A stretch of 38,982 bases of DNA from a virus (Duplodnaviria > Caudoviricetes), in the IMG/VR virus record IMGVR_UViG_3300048848_000256, positions 1 to 38,982 of that record; one strand, written 5' to 3'. The stretch's first letter is position 1. Each line of letters opens with the position of its first letter. Below the pieces are notes generated by a model. That model was not told the origin of the DNA and did not search any database. It saw nothing but the letters and a program-made list of their open reading frames with translations. The position numbers and the translations under genes are program-made. Shown piece by piece: positions 34,626-38,982 of this stretch.

Positions 34626-34699
34626 ATACACCCATCAACCGCCCGGGCAAATCACCCGGCACACCCCGCCCCCGCGGCGGGAAGATGGGAGAAGCAGTT

Positions 34700-34873
34700 A
34701 TGGCAAGCAGCCCAAAGTTTCCCTTCGTCGCAAGCATCGATGATTGCCGTCACAGCCTCTACGGCAAGGAAGTCGTCGTGCTGGCAAAATCTGGGACGAT
34801 GCGTCTGGTCCAGATCGGCGCCCGTCAGATGATGGTTGCGGCCATACACCTTCGCTACGAGCGAGCCGCCTAA
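34700..34873 (+). CDS. Hypothetical protein, first gene of the PL operon
   Basis: GGAGA RBS; TAATG coupling to the next gene. Confidence 0.6.
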   Translation: MASSPKFPFVASIDDCRHSLYGKEVVVLAKSGTMRLVQIGARQMMVAAIHLRYERAA

Positions 34874-35037
34874 TGCTCGCCCCCCTCACCCAATCAGAGC
34901 CTGTGCGCTGGTACGTCAAGGACGAGGAAGCTCGTCAGTCGATCTATCGCAAGCTGATGGCTCGTCGTCGCTCCAATGCCATGGCTCGCAGTCGGGGCTT
35001 CCGTAACTACGCTGAGATGTGTGGAGATGATGAGTGA
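34873..35037 (+). CDS. Hypothetical basic protein
   Basis: MLAPLTQSEP...; coupled at both ends. Confidence 0.6.
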   Translation: MLAPLTQSEPVRWYVKDEEARQSIYRKLMARRRSNAMARSRGFRNYAEMCGDDE

Positions 35038-35228
35038 TGCAGCTCGCAGCAGAACTACACCTCGCAATCGCCCTGCTCAAGGGCTACGCGAAGTACGACG
35101 AGGAAACCGGGCAGGCAGATGATGCGGCTTTCACCCGCATGCATATTGAGCGGCTTGAGGCTGCTCTGCCTGCAGAGTGGCGCGATGAAGACCATAGCCG
35201 CGACGAGCGCGCAATGGGGTTAGTGTGA
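35034..35228 (+). CDS. Hypothetical protein
   Basis: GTGATG coupling; GGAG RBS. Confidence 0.65.
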   Translation: MMQLAAELHLAIALLKGYAKYDEETGQADDAAFTRMHIERLEAALPAEWRDEDHSRDERAMGLV

Positions 35229-35442
35229 TGCAGATCACCTCCCCCACCATTGGCCTGCTGTCCAAGCTCGCAACCATCGCCCAGATCGTTGACGAGGCGT
35301 CCGATGCAAAGCCGGCAAACATGGAAGCTGCTCGTTCGCTTCTCGCAGACCGCGAAGTCACGCAATGGCTCGATGCCATGCACAAGCAAGGTTTGATTGC
35401 CGACCATAGCCGCGACGATCGCATGATGGAGAGGGTGTGATG
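35190..35442 (+). repeat. 41-bp imperfect direct repeat covering the 3' ends of two consecutive genes
   Basis: GACCATAGCCGCGACGA is exact at 35190-35206 and 35402-35418; both copies extend to GTGTGATG at the same spacing. Confidence 0.85.
35225..35440 (+). CDS. Hypothetical protein
   Basis: GTGATG coupling. Confidence 0.65.
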   Translation: MMQITSPTIGLLSKLATIAQIVDEASDAKPANMEAARSLLADREVTQWLDAMHKQGLIADHSRDDRMMERV

Positions 35443-35676
35443 TCGCCCGTCCCATTCTCACGATCGGCGCAGAAGGCTGAGCAAGAAAGGCTGACGCCAG
35501 ATCGCATTCTTGAGCTGGCAGCACGGCCGCAAGGTTTCAGTGTCTCATGGAGATACCGAGATGATTGGCTGGCTAGCCGCTGCAGGAAACTACGCAGCGC
35601 CGGCAGGCTGCGCGTCAAGAAGGGGCGCGGAGAAACCGTTTACTACGCAGCGCATTCAACCGGAGGCCAGCCATGA
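35437..35676 (+). CDS. Hypothetical basic protein
   Basis: GTGATG coupling; GGAG RBS. Confidence 0.65.
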   Translation: MMSPVPFSRSAQKAEQERLTPDRILELAARPQGFSVSWRYRDDWLASRCRKLRSAGRLRVKKGRGETVYYAAHSTGGQP

Positions 35677-35831
35677 CGACCGAAGACCACGCCATCTGGC
35701 AAGCCGACATAGCCGATAGGGAACGGTACGAGATCGAACTAGCCATGGTTCATCTATCGGTGAACTACGAGTCAGACCGCGCTCTCGGGACGTTTGACGA
35801 GACGATTGAGATGCAGGGAGAAGTGAAGTGA
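35673..35831 (+). CDS. 52-aa acidic protein (not in ORF track)
   Basis: MTTEDHAIWQADIADRERYEIELAMVHLSVNYESDRALGTFDETIEMQGEVK; GGAGG RBS; coupled at both ends. Confidence 0.6.
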   Translation: MTTEDHAIWQADIADRERYEIELAMVHLSVNYESDRALGTFDETIEMQGEVK

Positions 35832-36055
35832 GCGACTACGATATGTCGATCCACACCAATCCTGACGCGACGGCTTGGGTGAAGTTTTTCCGCGAATGCA
35901 ATCCTGACTGCAATGTGCCGGACGACCTCATGCTGACGTGGTTCGCTAACGCCATGATGGCGATGCACGACAGTATGCGACCTGATCTTGCGCCCATTGT
36001 TCACCCTGATGGGTCGGCGTCGTTTGTCGCCGAAGTAGCAGAGCCAGAGCAATAG
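35828..36055 (+). CDS. Phage hypothetical protein (MLTWFANAMM motif)
   Basis: GTGA coupling; GGAG RBS. Confidence 0.7.
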   Translation: MSDYDMSIHTNPDATAWVKFFRECNPDCNVPDDLMLTWFANAMMAMHDSMRPDLAPIVHPDGSASFVAEVAEPEQ

Positions 36056-36092
36056 CCGCCCCACGTCGGTAGCCGGCATTTTAACAGAGAGA

Positions 36093-36356
36093 ATGAGTGA
36101 GATGGATGTAGCCAATTTTTTCTCTGCTAGTTTAACACCGCAAGAAGAACTGACAGAGGCGTTTGACGCTTACAACAAGAACATGATGACAGATCGCCAA
36201 GTGGAGATATGTCATGACGCGATTTTGCAGCTCAATCATACGCTTTTTGCGATGCGTGAAAAAGGGCAGCACTTGCAGGGCTATCTGATGACTGAGCATA
36301 GCCTCGAAAGAATTCGCCAACTTCGTGGCTTGAAAGACAGTCGCCCCGCCGCCTAA
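36093..36356 (+). CDS. Hypothetical protein
   Basis: 87 aa; visibly more AT-rich than its neighbours. Confidence 0.6.
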   Translation: MSEMDVANFFSASLTPQEELTEAFDAYNKNMMTDRQVEICHDAILQLNHTLFAMREKGQHLQGYLMTEHSLERIRQLRGLKDSRPAA

Positions 36357-36388
36357 CCCCTTTCCCCAGGCCATCACGAGGACAGATC

Positions 36389-36820
36389 ATGAGTGAGCAT
36401 ACTAAGTTGCCGTGGCGTGTTGGCGACCTGAAACAGTGGAGTATTGAAACCAATGTTCGCCCAATTATTGCTGAAGAGAAGTTCGCAGTAGCTTGGGCAG
36501 CAGGGTGGGCTGAATCCGACGACAAGAGCGTTGCGGCGCCCGAAGAAGCAGAGGCCAACGCCGCGCTCATCGTCCGCGCCGTGAACAGCCTTGCCTCCAA
36601 CGAGGCGAAGATCGACGCGCTCACGAAGGCGCTGGAGCCGTTTGCAAAATACGAGATGCTGGTTATTGGCGATCCCCTCTCGCTCAAGAAGGGCGATCTC
36701 AAGGACTGCGATTACGTTGTCGGCTTTGCTGGGCCGGTGCAGCCAGAGTTTCGTCACTTCATCAATGCCCGCGCCGCCCTCTCCTCGCACACCGAGCAGG
36801 GAGGAGGGGGACGTGGGTAA
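36389..36820 (+). CDS. Phage hypothetical protein (HTxxPW...EANAALIV family)
   Basis: GAGGA RBS; paralogous to 146..445. Confidence 0.75.
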   Translation: MSEHTKLPWRVGDLKQWSIETNVRPIIAEEKFAVAWAAGWAESDDKSVAAPEEAEANAALIVRAVNSLASNEAKIDALTKALEPFAKYEMLVIGDPLSLKKGDLKDCDYVVGFAGPVQPEFRHFINARAALSSHTEQGGGGRG

Positions 36821-37088
36821 GCTGACAGCCTCGCAAGAGCGAGAACAAAAGATTCTCCTCGCACTATCCGAAGGGAGCGAAGATTACGGTCACTATCCCT
36901 TCGACTTTTTGACGAAGAGGACTGGTATCGAGAGGCGGCAAGTTCGCGTTGATGTACGCAGGCTAGCGCGTAAAGGCCTTACCGTTTTCGGGCGCGGGCT
37001 ATGGAACGATGATGGCGAGCTTGCCGGTAGTGGCTATGCCATCACACAAGCCGGTCGCGCCGCCCTTTCGAGCGAGCAAGAGAAATGA
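36813..37088 (+). CDS. Hypothetical protein, possible winged helix
   Basis: GGAGG RBS, GTG start; VRRLARKGL...GYAITQAGRAAL. Confidence 0.7.
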   Translation: MGKLTASQEREQKILLALSEGSEDYGHYPFDFLTKRTGIERRQVRVDVRRLARKGLTVFGRGLWNDDGELAGSGYAITQAGRAALSSEQEK

Positions 37089-37498
37089 ACGCCATGAGCA
37101 ACGAAGCAGATATTGTCGAGAAGGCGCGCCGGTCGCTTGACCCGTTCTGGCACCATACTCGCGACGGCGTGATCATCGCCATGATAGCTGAGGTCAAACA
37201 GCTCCGCGCAGAACGCGACGACTGGAGGCGCGTTGCTGAATGCAACGACGCGTTTCTTCAGGCCGCCAAGGAAGGTCACCCGGTCACCATCGTCCCGCCC
37301 GATGACGCTCGCGCCGCCTCGCGGGACATGCGGGAGCGGTGCGCCAAGGTGGCGGAGGATGAGCGCCAAAATTCAAACCACGGGCAGCAGCGCGGCGATC
37401 AAGCGGGCTTTGCTGAGCTTGGTTTTGAGGCGGCATGTGAACTAATCGCCGAATCCATCCGCGCCCTGCCCGACACGCCCGGAGATCAGCAGCCATGA
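37085..37498 (+). CDS. Hypothetical protein
   Basis: ATGA-coupled; paralogous to 2525..2875. Confidence 0.7.
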   Translation: MNAMSNEADIVEKARRSLDPFWHHTRDGVIIAMIAEVKQLRAERDDWRRVAECNDAFLQAAKEGHPVTIVPPDDARAASRDMRERCAKVAEDERQNSNHGQQRGDQAGFAELGFEAACELIAESIRALPDTPGDQQP

Positions 37499-37749
37499 AC
37501 GCCATCAAGCGAGGGCTCACCAAGCAAGAGGCCGCGGAATACTGCGGATGCTCAACGCCGGGCGCCTTCGATCAATGGCGCTCCAAGGGGATTGTGCCGG
37601 GGCCGATACCTGGCACTGCCCGATGGGACCGAAAGGCGCTAGATGCAGCGCTAGACCGGGCAAGCGGTCTTATGACAAAATCCGAAGAGTTGACCCCATA
37701 CCAGCGCTGGAGAGTAGAGAATGCGAAAGCAGAAGCCAGCAACGCTTAA
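37495..37749 (+). CDS. xis: Excisionase-like HTH protein
   Basis: GLTKQEAAEYCG...WDRKALDAALD; overlaps the integrase start. Confidence 0.8.
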   Translation: MNAIKRGLTKQEAAEYCGCSTPGAFDQWRSKGIVPGPIPGTARWDRKALDAALDRASGLMTKSEELTPYQRWRVENAKAEASNA

Positions 37750-38782
37750 GGGAATCCATCGCGTCAAGAAGCGCATGGCTGACGGTTCGATCAGGGAATA
37801 CCTGTATCACCGGGCTACTGGCTCGCCTCTGGACAAGAACAATCTTGCCGAGAGCTACGTTAAAGCCGAGAAGAAAAAGCGCCGCATTGGCGAGAAGACA
37901 CTGCTGGATTTGATCCAGTTCTTTGACTCATCAAGCACGTTCGATGGGCTCAGTGAGGCATCGCGTAAAGAGTATCGCTGGAAGCTTCGCCGCGTTGAAG
38001 TGAAATGGGGAAGTGTACCAGAGGAAACATTCAACAACGCTGATGATGCCGATTCCTTCGCAGCCGATGCACTCTCATGGCACCAAGAGATGGGGAAAGC
38101 TTCGCGTCGATCTGCAGATAATCTGATGTCTACGCTGTGTCGTGTGCTATCATTCGCGAAGTCAAAGCGACGCATCAAGCATCACCCTATCCCGTCGTTT
38201 GAGCGACTATACAAAAGCGACCGCGCCGACAAAACATGGTCGGAAGAACTACAGCAGAAATTCATCCGGGCCGCGCGCCCTGCTATGGCGACAGCAATGG
38301 TCCTCGTTCGGAACACAGCGATGCGCGCCAGCGATGTCCGCAAGTTTCCATGGACCCGATACAACGGGCAGCAGGTGCAGATCCGATCGAGCAAGACCGG
38401 CAAGCTTGTGTGGATCCCGGCTACGCGTGAACTGAAGGCGCATCTGGACGGGCTGGAGCGCACCGGAGCGTTGGTGGTGCTCACCCCGACCGGGAAGGCA
38501 TACACCAGGCGCTATTTCAACGAGCACTGGCGCGAGGATGCCGATCTTGTCGAGGCCGGAGATTTGAACTTCCACGACAACCGGGGCACCGCTGCGACGC
38601 TTCTAGCCGAAGCTGGCGCGACCGGGCCTGAGATTGCCGAAGCCATGACTTGGACTGTGGATAAGGCGCAGCGGATTATTGAGACGTATTTAGCGCGAAG
38701 CGGTGTTCTCGCTGCCAACGCAATTCAGAAGCTTGAAGATTACCGGGACCGACAGACACCGAACCAGATGGGGAAGTCATGA
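37721..38782 (+). CDS. int: Tyrosine recombinase (integrase)
   Basis: TAMRASD (R), SKT (K), FHDNRGT (HxxR), MTW (H/W position), ETY (Y). Confidence 0.93.
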   Translation: MRKQKPATLKGIHRVKKRMADGSIREYLYHRATGSPLDKNNLAESYVKAEKKKRRIGEKTLLDLIQFFDSSSTFDGLSEASRKEYRWKLRRVEVKWGSVPEETFNNADDADSFAADALSWHQEMGKASRRSADNLMSTLCRVLSFAKSKRRIKHHPIPSFERLYKSDRADKTWSEELQQKFIRAARPAMATAMVLVRNTAMRASDVRKFPWTRYNGQQVQIRSSKTGKLVWIPATRELKAHLDGLERTGALVVLTPTGKAYTRRYFNEHWREDADLVEAGDLNFHDNRGTAATLLAEAGATGPEIAEAMTWTVDKAQRIIETYLARSGVLAANAIQKLEDYRDRQTPNQMGKS

Positions 38783-38982
38783 GCGAGATCACTGCAAGCA
38801 CCATCGAACCATCACCTCGCGAGCAGGAGCTAGCTTTGGAGGTCGAACGGCTGACAAAGCGCTTGGATTTTCTGGCTGTAGGCTTTGATGTCCCTGATGG
38901 CGGTCGATATATCGCTGATTGGCAGACGCGTATCCAGAAGTACAAGACGCTCGCCGCCCCCACCACTCCGCCCGAGGCCTAA
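38779..38982 (+). CDS. Hypothetical protein coupled to the integrase
   Basis: ATGA overlap with the int stop; 67 aa. Confidence 0.6.
   Translation: MSEITASTIEPSPREQELALEVERLTKRLDFLAVGFDVPDGGRYIADWQTRIQKYKTLAAPTTPPEA

Larger units (their letters stand above)
1..38982. mobile_element. Temperate phage genome (podovirus-like, lambdoid-type cI/cro switch), near-complete and apparently circularly permuted
   Basis: Integrase, xis, cI/cro, replication, terminase, portal, capsid, P22-like tail, ejection and lysis genes are all present. There is no tape measure or sheath gene and no recognisable host housekeeping gene. Confidence 0.95.

Noticed and set aside
35190-35720. Possible mini-CRISPR from the GACCATAGCC repeats
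   Set aside because: Only two good copies, 212 bp apart and within coding sequence. The Cas4-like gene is an ordinary phage exonuclease and no cas operon is present.
38560-38700. Integrase possibly inactive because the box II His is replaced (MTW)
   Set aside because: Trp at this position is a known functional variant (Cre, Flp), and the other catalytic residues are intact.

Overview
The whole window is one near-complete temperate podovirus-type phage genome, GC-rich and probably from an alphaproteobacterial (Rhizobiales/Bradyrhizobium-like) host. The host call is an inference from the gene families. It reads as circularly permuted: a rightward early operon starts at the cI/PL region (~34.6 kb), runs through xis and int to the window end, and appears to resume at base 1 inside a DNA methyltransferase gene, continuing to an HNH gene at 4.7 kb. 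The leftward arm carries cro, HNH-AP2, a DnaA-domain-IV protein, VRR-NUC, a PD-(D/E)XK nuclease, an SSB-like protein, a primase-helicase with an adjacent iteron origin, a putative late regulator, TerS/TerL, portal, scaffold, major capsid, P22-like tail parts, three ejection proteins, two tail fibres with an adaptor, and a lysis cassette. An oppositely oriented acyltransferase-3 moron lies between the tail and lysis genes. The most unusual signals are: (1) the virion-anchored tail fibre begins with a textbook Sec/SPase I signal peptide; (2) an unannotated 38-aa ORF looks like a minimal Flp/Tad prepilin; (3) a perfect 41-bp purine-pyrimidine alternating tract sits beside the origin iterons; (4) a duplicated motif with a compensatory base change lies in the scaffold gene leader; (5) shared linker repeats and paralogue pairs occur among the early genes. 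All family calls come from motif recognition by eye, not from database searches. No rRNA, tRNA or CRISPR array was found.
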